Below, in pieces: positions 1 through 15,599 of a stretch of DNA of 64,000 nt. Position 1 is the first letter of the stretch; every line of letters starts with the position of its first letter. A model generated the notes under the pieces. That model searched no databases. It was not told the origin of the DNA and worked only from the letters and a program-made list of their open reading frames with translations. The stretch spans positions 18,414,001-18,478,000 of the forward strand of contig OZ024759.1 of assembly GCA_964016885.1 (NCBI GenBank), read 5' to 3'. Origin of the DNA: Eledone cirrhosa. Lineage: Eukaryota. Made by a program: the position numbers and the translations under genes.

Positions 1-179
1 CATGCTCACACTTATGTGTATAAAAATATACACACACATATATATGTATATAAATATACACACACTTGCACAAATAAACACTTACACACACAAAAACACG
101 TACTGGCACGCATATTCATACACACACACACATGCAAACTCTCATACATATACATTCACACATCTAAATACTTACACCC

Positions 180-210
<31 letters not shown>

Positions 211-302
211 CATGCATGCACTTTCATATACATGTACATACACATTCACATGCACACACACTCCAACATAGACATATACGCACTCTGTCTCTCACACACA
301 TG

Positions 303-337
<35 letters not shown>

Positions 338-388
338 GTTCAACCCCTTGCTAGCAGGGATAACAAACATTAAATGTTGATGATGACA

Positions 389-456
<68 letters not shown>

Positions 457-540
457 CACACATATACACACACAAAATATAGATATTGCGTATGAGAATG
501 TATACCATAAATATATGAAAACATAAAACACATAAGCATG

Positions 541-576
<36 letters not shown>

Positions 577-623
577 GTGTGTGTGTGTGTATGTATTTAT
601 ATATATGTGTGTGTGTGTGTATG

Positions 624-654
<31 letters not shown>

Positions 655-787
655 ATGTATTTATATATATATATATATATGTATGTAGTTATGTACATAT
701 ATATGTATGTGTATATATATATATATATATGTGTATGTATTTATGTATATATATACAGACATACGTATATATATATATATGTATTTA

Positions 788-818
<31 letters not shown>

Positions 819-893
819 TTAAGTATATATATATATATATGTATGTATTTAAGTATATGTATATATATATATATATATATGTATGTATTTAAG

Positions 894-924
<31 letters not shown>

Positions 925-932
925 GTATTTAA

Positions 933-968
<36 letters not shown>

Positions 969-1141
969 TTAAGTATATATATATATATATATATATGTAT
1001 TTAAGTATATATATATATATATGTATGTATTTAAGTATATGTATATATATATATATATATATATGTATTTAAGTATATATATATATATATATATATGTAT
1101 TTAAGTATATATATATATATATATGTATGTATTTAAGTATA

Positions 1142-1199
<58 letters not shown>

Positions 1200-1277
1200 C
1201 ATACATACATGTATATATGTACACATATATATGTCCACATATACATGTACACATATATATATGTACATATACATACA
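1..1277. repeat. Compound (TA)n/(CA)n/(TG)n microsatellite with recurring 'tgtatttaag' spacers
   Basis: Read directly; the ORFs here are YI/HT dipeptide artefacts. Confidence 0.95.
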
Positions 1278-1576
1278 CGCACTGTATTTTTCAGTAACTG
1301 TGATAATTAATTATTTTGTTAGATGTTTTATTCTAGATTATAATCAATTTTACTATGCTAGGTTGATTTCTTTTAGGTTTCCGACCATGAAATATCTAGA
1401 ATTTTCCACAATTTTCCACAATATTCTCCAAGGAATATATATATTGCATTTATTAATAAAAACAATTGCAAATAAATATTGAAAACTTTGTATTTATTTC
1501 TTCCTTCCACAGAAAATGTTATCAACATTGAAATATAATTAATGTTAACTAAACTAAGATGACTCCGTTGGAAAGA

Positions 1577-1750
1577 TCATCATCATCATCATCATTTCAT
1601 TTTACGTCCACTTTTCCCTGCTTGCAAGGGTGGGACGGGAACTGATTCTGGCTTGATTTCTACAGCTGGATGCCCTTCCTAACACCAACCTCATTTACAG
1701 TGAGTGCTGGGTGCTTTTTTTACCGTGGCACCTACACGACCACTTTGCAG
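1577..1750 (-). mobile_element. 3' part of an RTE-tailed SINE or short retroposon with (ATG)n tail
   Basis: Reverse complement ends ...gcagggaaaagtggacgtaaaatgaaatgatgatg, nearly the same as the RTE tail at 62884-62943; related copies at 8277, 9830, 15930 and 17495. Confidence 0.7.
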
Positions 1751-1779
1751 TGGAATGATAGGGACCCCAGTCCCTATCA

Positions 1780-1922
1780 TCTCATTTCTACAGCTGAGTA
1801 AACTGGAGCAATGTGAAATAAAGTGTCTTGCTCAAGGAAACAACACATCACCCGTCTGAGAATTGAACTCACAACCTTTCGATTGCAAGGCCAATGCTCT
1901 AACCACTAAGCCATGTGCCTCC
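1780..1922 (-). mobile_element. tRNA-derived SINE head (family B, CORE-like body)
   Basis: Reverse complement has A box TGGCTTAGTGG, B box GAGTTCAATTCT, then ccttgagcaagacactttatttcac; further copies near 3135, 7258, 27075, 45700, 52008 and 62465. Confidence 0.75.
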
Positions 1923-1949
1923 AAAGATACCTTGTTTAATTGTGTGACA

Positions 1950-2062
1950 GTTATCATAAGTATTGTCATAACTGCGGTCGTCCTCGTCATTAGAGTCATC
2001 ACCATCACCATCAACATCATAATCATTGTCAGCATCGTCGTAATCATCATAATAATCATCAT

Positions 2063-2093
<31 letters not shown>

Positions 2094-2348
2094 GTCGTCG
2101 TTGTTGTTCTCATTGCCATAATCATCATCATCATCATAATCATCACCATCACCATCACCATCATCATCATCATCATCATCATCATCGTCGTCATTGTTCT
2201 CATTGCCATAATCATCATCATTATAGTCATCACAATCATCATAATCATCATAATAATAGTCATCATAATAATAATCATAATAATCATCATCAGCATCATC
2301 ATCATCATTGTTCTCATTGTTATAATCATCATCATTGTAGTCATCACC

Positions 2349-2399
<51 letters not shown>

Positions 2400-3092
2400 G
2401 TCATTATTCTCATTGCCATAATCATCATCATTATAGTCATCACAATCATTATCATAATCATCCTCAGCATCAACATCAACATCATCCTCATCATCATCAT
2501 CAGCATCATCATCAACATCATCATCATCATCATCATCCTTATCATCATTATCATAATCATCATCATCATTGTAGTCATCATCATCATCACAATCATGATC
2601 ATTGTCATCATCATTCACAATTATCATCAGAATCATTTGTCATCACCATTGTTATCACCATCCCCATCATTGGCAAACATCACCACCATCATCATCATCA
2701 TCATCATCATTATTGTCATTGTCATCAACATCACAATCAATATCATCATCGTCACTTTTATTGTCACCACAGTCATCATCTCCATCATCATCATCACCAT
2801 CATTATTATTATCATTGTCATCAACATCACAATCATTATCATCATCATCATGAACATCATCATCATCATCATGAACATCATCATCATCATCATCATTTTT
2901 ATTGTCACCACAGTCATCATCTCCGTCATCATCATCATCATCATCATTATTATCATCATTATTATTGCCATCAACATCACAATCATTATCATCATCATCA
3001 TTTTTATTGTTATCGGCACCACAGCCATTATCATAATGTTATTATTGTCATCATCATCATCATCATCATCATTGTCATAATCATCACCACCA
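1950..3092. repeat. Degenerate (ATC)n trinucleotide tract
   Basis: Read directly; produces the poly-I, poly-M and poly-D ORFs. Confidence 0.95.
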
Positions 3093-3272
3093 CCCTTATA
3101 TTTCTCTGTGAGAGAGAGAGGGTGAGCTGTACCATGTAGTGCTCAAGAACACAACACACATCCCAGTCCAGCTATCGAACCCATGACATTATGATCATAA
3201 GTCCAAAATCCTTACCACTAGGCCACCCATCTTCACATCACTTTGTGTGTACCATTTATATTTCTTCTTTAT

Positions 3273-3390
3273 TTGAGTTCAAATCCCACCGAGGTTAACT
3301 TTGCCTTTCATCCTTTACGGGGTCGATAAAATAAAGTACCAGTAATACACTGGATAATTGCTGGCCTTGTGCCAAAAGTAGAAGCAATTA
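3273..3390 (+). mobile_element. SINE family A fragment (B box plus conserved core)
   Basis: gagttcaaatcccaccgaggttaactttgcctttcatcc...gtcgataaaataaagtaccag; more than 10 copies in the window. Confidence 0.8.
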
Positions 3391-3454
3391 ATATTTCTTC
3401 TTTATATTTTGTGTTTTTTTTAAAATGCTTTTTTCTTTTTTACTATATTTTCAG

Positions 3455-4616
3455 AATAAAGTTGAAGCTGCACCCTTCTGTGGTCGACATTGGGAAACAG
3501 TTGCAAGAAACATCTCTTGCCGCCATCAATCTTCCCAGAAATATATCAGCATCAAGTCTCAGTGAAACCAATTCTGAAGAGAAATCTATAAAACAACCTC
3601 CTACCCAGCAAAATTTCAGTTTATTCCAGTCACCCAAACATCTTTTAGATTCTGAAGGTAGAAACATAAGCAAGGCTGAACTCTCTCTTAAGATTGGCCT
3701 TCCTCTCAAAGGAACATCCCTTCAACTACCCAAGCTGAACTTAAATAATTTAAATCCTATGAAAAATGTAAATCTAAAAAGTTTGCGACTACCAACTGTA
3801 TTCTATAGCAATAAGGATTCTAAGTTGAGCACGGAGCGTCTGACCATTGGCACAAACAATTCTAGTGATGAAGGTTCTGATTCTGGTCACTCCCTGAATC
3901 TGTCTCGTGATGGACCTGCAGATAGGCTGCAGTCAGTAGATACAGCAGATGCTATGAATAAACAAAAGCTTCTGAATATGTCACAGGATGAGAACACTGA
4001 TGTGATGTTCCGAAGTTGTGGTATTTTAGCTACCAACCCTAAACAGCTGCTTGTAACCTCTTTGAGCCTTTCTTCTGATGTCGATCCTGACGAACTACCT
4101 CAAGAGATTTCAGCTGCCATTGATGATATATCTGATGTATCAAGGGAGCCTATAGATAAAAGTCTATCTGGCTTAGACCTCCATTCTTCTGATATAGAAA
4201 ACACAAGAATGACCCTTAGTAATAAATCAGAACAAGAGATTTTTCCTGAGAATCCTACCAATCCTTATTCCTATGACTATGATTATGACTATGATAGTGG
4301 CAGAGACCACTTTGACGAAACTTCATCTGATCTTGCAGAACCTTCTAGAGATAATACAAAGCAACGGAGAAGGCCTTTACCATTGAAACCTTCATTTAGC
4401 GATGGAGCAATTAGCTCTCATCCTGACATGAATACATATGCTGACCTCCAAAAACCAGTGCTGATGTTGGAAAACAATCCATTTACCAAAATTGGGCAGA
4501 AGATTCAATCAAGCATGTCTCGCAGTTCTTCAAAAGCAACAGTTGATCTATTGAAAGAACAGGTTTTAGAAAAATTGAAGGATCGGGAATGTGAAACTCA
4601 AATTATATTTATATGA
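3455..4616 (+). CDS. INPP5F: Terminal coding exon of a probable INPP5F/Sac2 phosphoinositide phosphatase (upstream exons not found in window)
   Basis: Polypyrimidine tract and AG acceptor at 3453-3454; stop-free frame to TGA at 4614-4616. Motifs SCGILAT, NPFTKI..SSM and C-terminal CETQIIFI match my recollection of human INPP5F (SCGIIAS, SPFAKIRSSM, CQTRIIQI); not verified by a search. Confidence 0.75.
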
Positions 4617-4680
4617 TTGCCCACCACCAACACTACTACTGACAATTTAAGCTTCATTTTTTTTTTTTTTTTCATTTTGA

Positions 4681-4903
4681 CCCTTTAGCATTTACATTAT
4701 TCTATATTTACTATTGTATTTTCATGGTAAAGTGTCTTTATTTCACATAATTATCTCTCATAATGTCAAATCTATGAGATTTTGATATTATTTATTTTGA
4801 GAACAATACCTTAACATCAGTATGAGTGGCCAGTTATGGCCGGTTTGAACAGAAAGATGTGAGAGAATACTGGCCAGATATGGCCAGTTTAAATGCTAAA
4901 GGG
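4681..4903. mobile_element. piggyBac-like MITE
   Basis: TIRs CCCTTTAGCATTTA / TAAATGCTAAAGGG flanked by ttga and TTAA; homologues at 30231 and 55324. Confidence 0.7.
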
Positions 4904-5169
4904 TTAATTCTAATCAATGTTTTTTTAATCGTTTTTCATAATTTTACAATTTATTTTTAATAAGATTCATAAATATTAGTGTTAAAAGATGACTTGGGTT
5001 GATCCTAAGTCTAACCAATGAGACAGAATCACTGAGTTCTTCCACAGAATTCTAACAAACATAAAAAAGTAAATTTTTTCAAGTTTCTTCCTTTTCTTTC
5101 CACTATTTGTTAAACAGAGTGTCTTACATGAGCTATATTTTCATTAATCAAATCCATTTATTCTTTCTC

Positions 5170-5198
5170 ACACTCTCTCTCTATCTATCTATCACCTG

Positions 5199-5231
<33 letters not shown>

Positions 5232-5926
5232 ACCTGCTATCTATCTATCTTTCTGTCCCTAGTCTGTCTACCATCTTCTCTTATCTATCTATTTAATTGT
5301 CCCTGGTCTGTCTACCTATCTATTTATCTTTCTATCCCCTATCTATCTACCTATTCACTCTCTAATTATCTAGCCCTATTTATTGCCCCTAGTCTGTCTA
5401 CCACCTTCTCTATCCCCTATCTATCTATCAACCTAGTCCTTCTCTAGCTATCTAGCCCTATCTATTTATCTATCTAACCCCTATTTATCAACCTAGTCCC
5501 TCTCTAGCTATCTAGCCCTATCTATTTATCTACCTAGCCCCTATCTATCAACCTACTCCCTCTCTAGCTATCTAGCCCTATCTATTTATCTACCTAACCC
5601 CTATCTATCAACCTAGTCCTTCTCTAGCTATCTAGCCCTATCTATTTATCTATCTAACCCCTATCTATCAACCTAGTCCCTCTCTAGCTATCTAGCCCTA
5701 TCTATTTATCTACCTAACCCCTATCTATCAACCTAGTCCCTCTCTAGCTATCTAGCCCTATCTATGTATCTACCTAACCCCTATCTATCAACTTACTCCC
5801 TCTCTAGCTATCTAGCCCTATCTATTTATCTACCTAACTCTCTGCCCCTATCTATGTAACAATGTACTGCTATCTATCTATATCTAGCCCTATTTATCTA
5901 ACCCCTATCTATGTAACAATATACTG

Positions 5927-6010
<84 letters not shown>
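5170..6010. repeat. (CTAT)n-derived tract containing a 60-bp minisatellite (~7 copies, 5420-5840), followed by (CT)n
   Basis: Unit ctatctatcaacctagtccctctctagctatctagccctatctatttatctacctaaccc repeats in register every 60 nt. Confidence 0.9.
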
Positions 6011-6012
<2 letters not shown>

Positions 6013-6215
6013 CCCTCACCTCTACCTATCTGCCACCTCTCTCTACGGAAAAAAAAACTAACAAACAAAATAAATTAAAACACAAAAAAAAAAACCTGCA
6101 ACTGGCCTTGAACATAAAATACCTTGATAGAACTTACTAACAGCTTTAATACTTAAAATAAAAACTGTGTTAATTTTACAACTGTTTCATATATATATAT
6201 ATATATATGTAAGTA

Positions 6216-6275
<60 letters not shown>

Positions 6276-6429
6276 AAAATACATGCTGTACCAAATTTTT
6301 TATTTTCAAAAGTCATATCTCACTTGTTATGATTCTGATATCCCCTTCATTAAATAATTATTGTTTAAAATATGTGAAAATATCTGAAACGGAATAAATA
6401 ATATTTCTGTTTTTATTTAAGACACCATC

Positions 6430-6910
6430 ACAAACAACAACAACAACAGCAGCAACAACCTCTCACAGAACACCAACCTCTCACAGAACACCAAATCCAC
6501 ACAGAGCACCACCACCACCACCACCACCACCACTAAAAACAATAAAAAAACACCCACCAGTATTACACAAACAAAGCCCTAACACCACCAACAGCACCAC
6601 CGATAACAAATCCCACCAGCACCACCACCACCAACAATACCTAGCACCAATAACAACAACAACAACAACAACCAGCACTACCCAAAGCACCAACACTACC
6701 ACCAATAACAAACTCACACAGAACACTAATACCATAACCCAACACCATAACCCACCACCACCAACAACACAGAACACTAATACCAACACCCACTAACACC
6801 AACTCCACACAGAACAACACCACCACCCCCACCAACTAAAACAACCCCTCACAGAACACCAACAACAACAATGCTAACAACACCCACCCCACCCCACCAC
6901 CAACAACTAA
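6430..6910. repeat. CAA/CCA low-complexity tract
   Basis: Read directly. Confidence 0.85.
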
Positions 6911-7257
6911 GCTGTGTGAAACAATATATTATTTTAGTCAGGGACAATAGAATGTTTGTGATAATGTTGTAATTTGAAACTATAAGCCACACACTGCAGA
7001 CAAATTACATTGTAACTATTAAAGGAAATAAACTTTGTTTAGGGACACAACACTATGGTAAAGGACATGCGTCTACACGTGAGAACACAGATACCTAAAT
7101 ATGGAATGTTACGCAATGGCCCCAATGTTGATGGTGATAAGATATCTAACTCACACATCCTAATGTCCTAATCACATCCTAATCAAACCTTCAATACTGA
7201 TGATTTTCCATGGTTTTCTGTCACTAATTAGATGAAGTAATTCCACCTTACATTGAT

Positions 7258-7528
7258 GAAGGTACGTGACCAGGTGTTTAGGGCATTGACCTTATCATCA
7301 TAGTGTTACAGGTTTGATTATTTGACTAGGTGGTTGTGTTTTGTGTTCTTGAGCAAAACACTTCATTTCAGCTTGCTCCAGTTTACTCAGGTGAAAATGA
7401 GTACTAGCAGTAGCTTGGGGTTAATCTTGCAATGGACTGGCATCTTGTACTCTTAGTTACTTCATGCTGATGAAACCAGGATAAGCTCTGACCTGATGAG
7501 GCTCTGGGGCTTGAGGCAGACTTTTTTT
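7258..7528 (+). mobile_element. Near full-length diverged SINE family B
   Basis: Decayed tRNA-like head, gttcttgagcaaaacacttc core, gatggactggc-type body and T-rich end. Confidence 0.6.
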
Positions 7529-8233
7529 TACCACAAGTCTATCTCAAGTAATAATTCAATGTGTTCTAATCACAACTATATGGACTGGGCCATTTGAGAA
7601 TTAAGGGACAAAGTACAATGTTCTATCTATACAGGGTTGCCTAAGCATGTTCCTTCACAACCTACACAGTACACTTTATCACCCAACATCACGTGTTGAT
7701 ACCAAGGCAGTCATCACCTTTTACACATCTGCCAACCCATTTAATTCTTATTTCATTTCGTTTTCATTCTTTTATTTTCTATTATTCTCATAAGTGAAGA
7801 GTAAACATGAAGGATTGGTGTAGTTAAAACAGCCTCTGGTTATTTGAGATGTCTACATGGAGAGCAAAAGAGAAAACTGAACTCCAGATTCGACCATAAA
7901 GCATGGAAAATTGCTGGAAGGTGAAATAGTGTTGGAATCTGCTGAAATAGTCAAGATCTCAAGTTACCAACTGATGAAAATAATGGCCTGCTGTGAATGT
8001 AGTATATTAGATTATTATTCCAACTAATCAAATATATTAACTTGTTACTTACTAATACTTTTAGAACAAGGACTCCTAACCTTTTGTGCATCATCACTCA
8101 CTTTCACATGGAAAAATGTTCCACCATATATAGTTTATGTTCAAAAGCATACCAAAAATGTTTGTTATGGTTCATTATTCCCATTTAGCTTCCTGTTTTA
8201 TATATATATTCTATATATATGTATATATATATA

Positions 8234-8276
<43 letters not shown>

Positions 8277-8280
<4 letters not shown>

Positions 8281-8545
8281 TCATCATCACCATTTTACAT
8301 CAATGTTTCCACGCTAGCATGGGTTAGGCGGGTTGTCCTGTTGTGGGCAATGCCAGGTCAAGTGACCATGTCTTGCTCATACAGGACTGATTTTGGCTCG
8401 GTTTCTACAGCTGGAGGCCTTTCCTAACGCCAACCTCATTTACAATGAGTACTGGGTGATTTTTTACCGTGGCGCCTACATGACTACTCTACAGTGTGGA
8501 CTAGCTGCTTTTTGTCATGACACCTACATGACCACTTTACAGTGA
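8277..8545 (-). mobile_element. RTE-tailed SINE 3' part with a few copies of the ~48-bp internal unit
   Basis: Homologous to 1577-1750 and 17495-17750. Confidence 0.65.
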
Positions 8546-8776
8546 GAGGGGCATGGGGGCATATTGTCTATATGCTTCAGCTTTGGCTTATCTCTGTGTG
8601 AACTCAGGTCTTCTGTATTACTGCATAACGCCAGAGGTCTCGATCCTGTAGTATATACATATATATAGGGTTTTTTCCATATCTACTTTGAATATTGTTT
8701 TCCTATACTCTACCAATGTATTGAGTACCTTTTCTAACTGTGGTTACCCCCCGATACAGTTTGGGAACCTACATAT

Positions 8777-8811
<35 letters not shown>

Positions 8812-8847
8812 CAGCATAGAAAAATGGATGTTAAATGATTATATATA

Positions 8848-9740
8848 GGCCTTAAAGTTAACTTGTCTAAGACTAAAGTTCTAGTATGTAAGAAGGAAAA
8901 TAGGGCACCGGTTCCATCCGGGAAATGGCCATGCTTAGTGTGTAGGAAAGGAGTAGGCAGAAATTCCATTTTATGTCCCAAATGCAAAGTATGGGTGCAT
9001 AAAAAAATGTAGTGGGATCACAGGTAAGCTAACTAAGAACATAGATTTTATATGTGGCCGGTGCTCAGGTGCAATAAGTAGCAAGTGCCCACAGGATACT
9101 AGCTCTTTCTATTGCCCAGATGGTTTTATAGAAATAGTGGACACCTTCTGTTACCTGGGTGACAAAATCAGCAGTGGTGGAGGGTGCTCTGAAAGTACAG
9201 TAGCCAGAGTCAGAACGGGATGGAAAAAGTTCAGAGAGCTTATACCACTATTGGGTTTCTCTCTAAAAATGAAAGGCAGACTGTATGATGCCTGCATACG
9301 AACAGCAATGCTACATGGCAGTGAGACATGGGTATTGTGTGCAGAGGATCTGCGCAGACTGGAGAAGAATGAAGCATGCATGCTCTATTGGATGTGTAAT
9401 AGTAATATAAGTGAACAGAAAAGCATAAATGAACTAAGTGAGAAATTAGGAATAAGAGGGATCAGATGCTGTTTACTTGAGAGAAGACTATGTTTGTATG
9501 GTGACGTGGTGCACATTAAAGACCACAGCTGTATAAAAAAGTGCAGGGCGATCAAAATTGATGGAAGTTACGGAGTAGGCAGACCCAGAAAAACCTGGGA
9601 CGATTTGATAAAGTCCGACCTTACACACTTACACCTCTCTAAGACAATGTCACTGGACCGAGATCTTTGGCGCTACGCAGTAATACAGAAGACCCACCTT
9701 GCCTATGTACAAAGCGAAACCTACAGTCAGTAGGCACCTC
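8848..9740 (+). mobile_element. 5'-truncated, frameshifted RTE-clade LINE (RT C-terminus with Cys-rich PHD-like finger)
   Basis: GLKVNLSKTKV, CLVC..CPKC..H..C..CGRC, FCYLG, MLHGSETW, GRPRKTW; frameshift at the A-run near 9001. Confidence 0.85.
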
Positions 9741-9829
9741 TTAACCAAATATACACCCCCATCCCACTACCCCTATTCCACCCCCCACCCCCATCAACAC
9801 CACCCTTTCTCTGTAAAGTTGTGTTGGTA

Positions 9830-10108
9830 CCACAACATCCAGTCCAAAATAAATGAGGTCGTGTAGGTGTCATGACAAAAAAAAACACATAGTCCACGCT
9901 GTAATGTGGCTGTGTAGGTAACACGGTAAAAACCTCCCAGTCCACACTGTAAACGTGGTTGGTGTTAGGAAGGGCATCCAGCTGTAGAAAACCTGCCAGA
10001 CAGTCCTATACGAGCAAGATGACCAATCTTGCCTCAAGTGGGACAATTCCCGTCTAAACCCATGCTAGCGTGGAAGATAGACATTAAACAATGATGATGA
10101 TGATGATA
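9830..10108 (+). mobile_element. RTE-tailed SINE 3' part ending in (TGA)n
   Basis: Reverse complement of the 8277 and 17495 elements. Confidence 0.65.
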
Positions 10109-13029
10109 CATACACATACACACATATATATATATATATACACAAATAAAATACAGTTACTAACTCATATTGATACCCTGCAATTAACATTTATATCTTA
10201 TGAAAAAATTTTTATATCTTACGTATGATTCAGATTAAACATATAAAACAATTGTGGTATTCTCTACCCTCGTAATTTTAGACTCGGAATTCTCTGTGTT
10301 TATTTCTACATATATTATTATATATATCTCTCTCTATATGTATATTGATTGATAGATAGATAAATAGATTGATCTAACTAGCTAGTTAGCTATGAGATCT
10401 ATAGCTCTCAGCATTCTTTTCTAGTTATGCAACTAGGAAGCTACAGAGATAGATATCTTTAAGATCTTGTGTCTAACTAGCTAGTTAGGTAGAATGATAG
10501 ATTCATAATTTTGCCACTCATTAGATAGCTTCTTACCTGGCTTAGCTAGCTATATAAACATACAGTATATTTCACTATTGAGGATATCATTCAGAATATT
10601 ATACTTTATAATAAAGAATTATTGATACAAATTGCTCTATAATTTGGTAAGAACATATGTAATTGAGAGTTTCAGATAGCAGGATGACCTAGAAAATAGT
10701 CATTGATTTATTTTCTGTTACTAGCATTGTGGTTAAGGAACTTTAGCCCAGTCCAGTAATGGATGGATTGTCCCATAACTTCCGAGGGAGTCATATGGAC
10801 GCTGTATTGACATACAGCATTTCTAGGGCATTTTTAACCTGGTAGAACCCATCTCCTCTCCAGTCATGAACACATCAGATTTCTTACAGAGAAGGATTGA
10901 AAGTGAGAGAATGGAAGTGTAAAAGAGATATAGTGAAAGAATCGGCTCCAGTACTTGGCTGGTACTTTTTTTTATTAACCTTGAATGGATGAAAGGCAAA
11001 GTTGACCTCAACAGGATTTGAACTCAGAGAGCAGATAGTCAAAACAAATACTACAAAGTATTCTATCTAACATTCTAATGACCCTGTGAATTCACCACCA
11101 TCAGTCCACTAATACTTGTATGTAAATAGGTATCAGAAGGTGGGTTACTATACTGTTATTAGCTGTAGTAAAATTGTGTAATCTACAACCCAGGGTGGAA
11201 ATCTTTATGTGGTACCAGGAACAGCTAGAAATAGCAGCCATATTTTCTTGCCTTTTGTTGTTATTTAACCACAGATCAGCCATTGAACAGACCTATAATG
11301 AAAGGCATTACAGACACACACATCTATCTGTTTTATTCTGGAATATTCAACACAGGACTACATTATCCATTATGCTCTTCCTTTTAAGGGGCTGTGGGGA
11401 GAAGGGCCTGTTGTAAATTTCATCTCCAAAGCTGTTATCTAGTTAAGATCAGACAGTAGGAGAATATGCAAGGACATTTGCTATAGGTATTCTGGTTTTC
11501 AGAAGAGGTACACTATAACCCTGCATGTAGTAAGAAGCTATTAAATGAGCTGACATCAGGAAGGGCATCGGGTTGTAAAATGATGTTTCAAAATAACCTG
11601 TTCAACCCTTCCCAGAATAGTAAGTATGGTCCCGTAACTCCTGATAAAGTCGTAGGGGTGCCGTATTGACACACAGCATTTCTTGGGCATTTTAAGCCCG
11701 GCAGAGCCCATCTCTCTCCAGCCCTGAGTACTGCAGATTTCTACAAAAGAGAGGAAGAATCGACCCAGTACATTACTGGTACTTTTTTTAATCAATCTCG
11801 AAAGGATGAAAGGCAAAGTTAACCTCGGCAGGATTTGAACTGAAAGCCGGAATGAATACCATAAATCATTCTATCCGACATTCTAACAATTCTGCCAATT
11901 CACTGCCAGAATGGAGAGTGGATGTAAAAATGATGATGACAACATATACCTTAGGAAGAATACTCATCTACAGTAATATCATGGTTCAGAGATTTAGCCT
12001 GTGAATCTAGATCTAAGTACTTGCAGTTTGATATTGTGGTCTTTTAGTACTCAATATCAGGACCACAGTTAGTTAAGGTTTTATATTCTGTACATGTTTG
12101 TCACATACATCTATATGCTAGATCTAATTATGTATTCCTACAATATTCTGGTTTGCTTCGGTGAAAAAAAGAACAGTACAGAAACATATTATCTATCTGA
12201 CATCTCAGTAGGATCATTTGTAATGCTGATGTGTGTGTGACCTGATTGGCTTATATACCCTAGAGCTACAGAAGCCTAGATTTCCTAACCATTATATTGA
12301 TTTATACCACAATGGCAGTGTAGCTTTCTCTCAGCATTGTCATGACTAAATATTAGCCTCTTTCCATAGAGAAATAATACCTATCTTCCATAACTGAAGT
12401 CTTAAGATAACAATAGTTTCTAATGTACCCAAAGTGGATTTCCTAAACCTAACACTTAACTTTACAAAAATTACCTACAAGTCCTGCTACAAACCAAATG
12501 AGGAACTTAGATATATAAAGAGAAAAATATCCTGCTACCTTAATTTTTAGGAATCCTACCTCCAATGTTAACCATACAATATAAATCTATCTTCCTCTTA
12601 AGTCATATTTGAAACCATCCAATGAATTTAGAGCATTAGAAATAAATAAATGATATTTACACCATGTCTTTATTTTATGAAGTATCTGCTTGCATATTGG
12701 AAAGAAATCAACCTCCAAACTATCTCCTTTCATATGATGGGCCAACTGTTATGGATACTTCTCAACTCATTCAACTATACACATGATTTCCTAAAATACC
12801 TAAACTATCATCTAAGATACATACTTCTTACTGTGTGAAGTGGTTGGCAACTCACTAATAGAGAATGGTTGGGTTGTATGTCACTTTCTTCTCTCAAAGA
12901 TACTTAATACTAATAGTTTTTAACCACATTGTATGTTAACACGATTCAACGGCTGAACTTTTAGTGAAGTCAGGATGTAATCCAAACAAAGATTGTTTAA
13001 TGCATAAAGTAACAAAGATTAATAAAGTA

Positions 13030-15410
<2,381 letters not shown>

Positions 15411-15412
15411 TA

Positions 15413-15599
15413 ATTGTTTCTACTTTAGGCACAAGGCCAGCAATTACCCAGTGCATTACTGGTACTTTATTTTATCGACCCCGTAAGGATGAAAGGCAAA
15501 GTCAACCTCGGCGGGATTTGAACTCAGATCGAGGTTGACTTTGCCTTTCATCCTTACGGGGTCGATAAAATAAAGTACCAGTAATGCACTGGGTAATTG
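15413..15599. mobile_element. SINE family A insertion with a perfect 70-bp fold-back duplication
   Basis: 15441-15510 is the exact reverse complement of 15530-15599. Confidence 0.85.

Noticed and set aside
2-1482. YI/HT/CV-rich ORFs here and at 13-15, 19-21, 50 and 53-55 kb
   Set aside because: Translations of dinucleotide microsatellites
1500-1560. Acceptor-like ttccttccacag as a possible upstream exon
   Set aside because: Stops occur within about 10 codons in all three frames and there is no convincing donor
1860-1922. tRNA-like sequence with A and B boxes
   Set aside because: It continues into a multi-copy SINE body and lacks a full acceptor stem, so it is a SINE head rather than a tRNA gene
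1832-3080. Long poly-Ile, poly-Met and poly-Asp ORFs
   Set aside because: Artefacts of the (ATC)n tract; no splice or domain evidence
3369-3454. N-terminal part of the 415-aa ORF call
   Set aside because: It begins inside a SINE and runs through the polypyrimidine tract, so it is intronic
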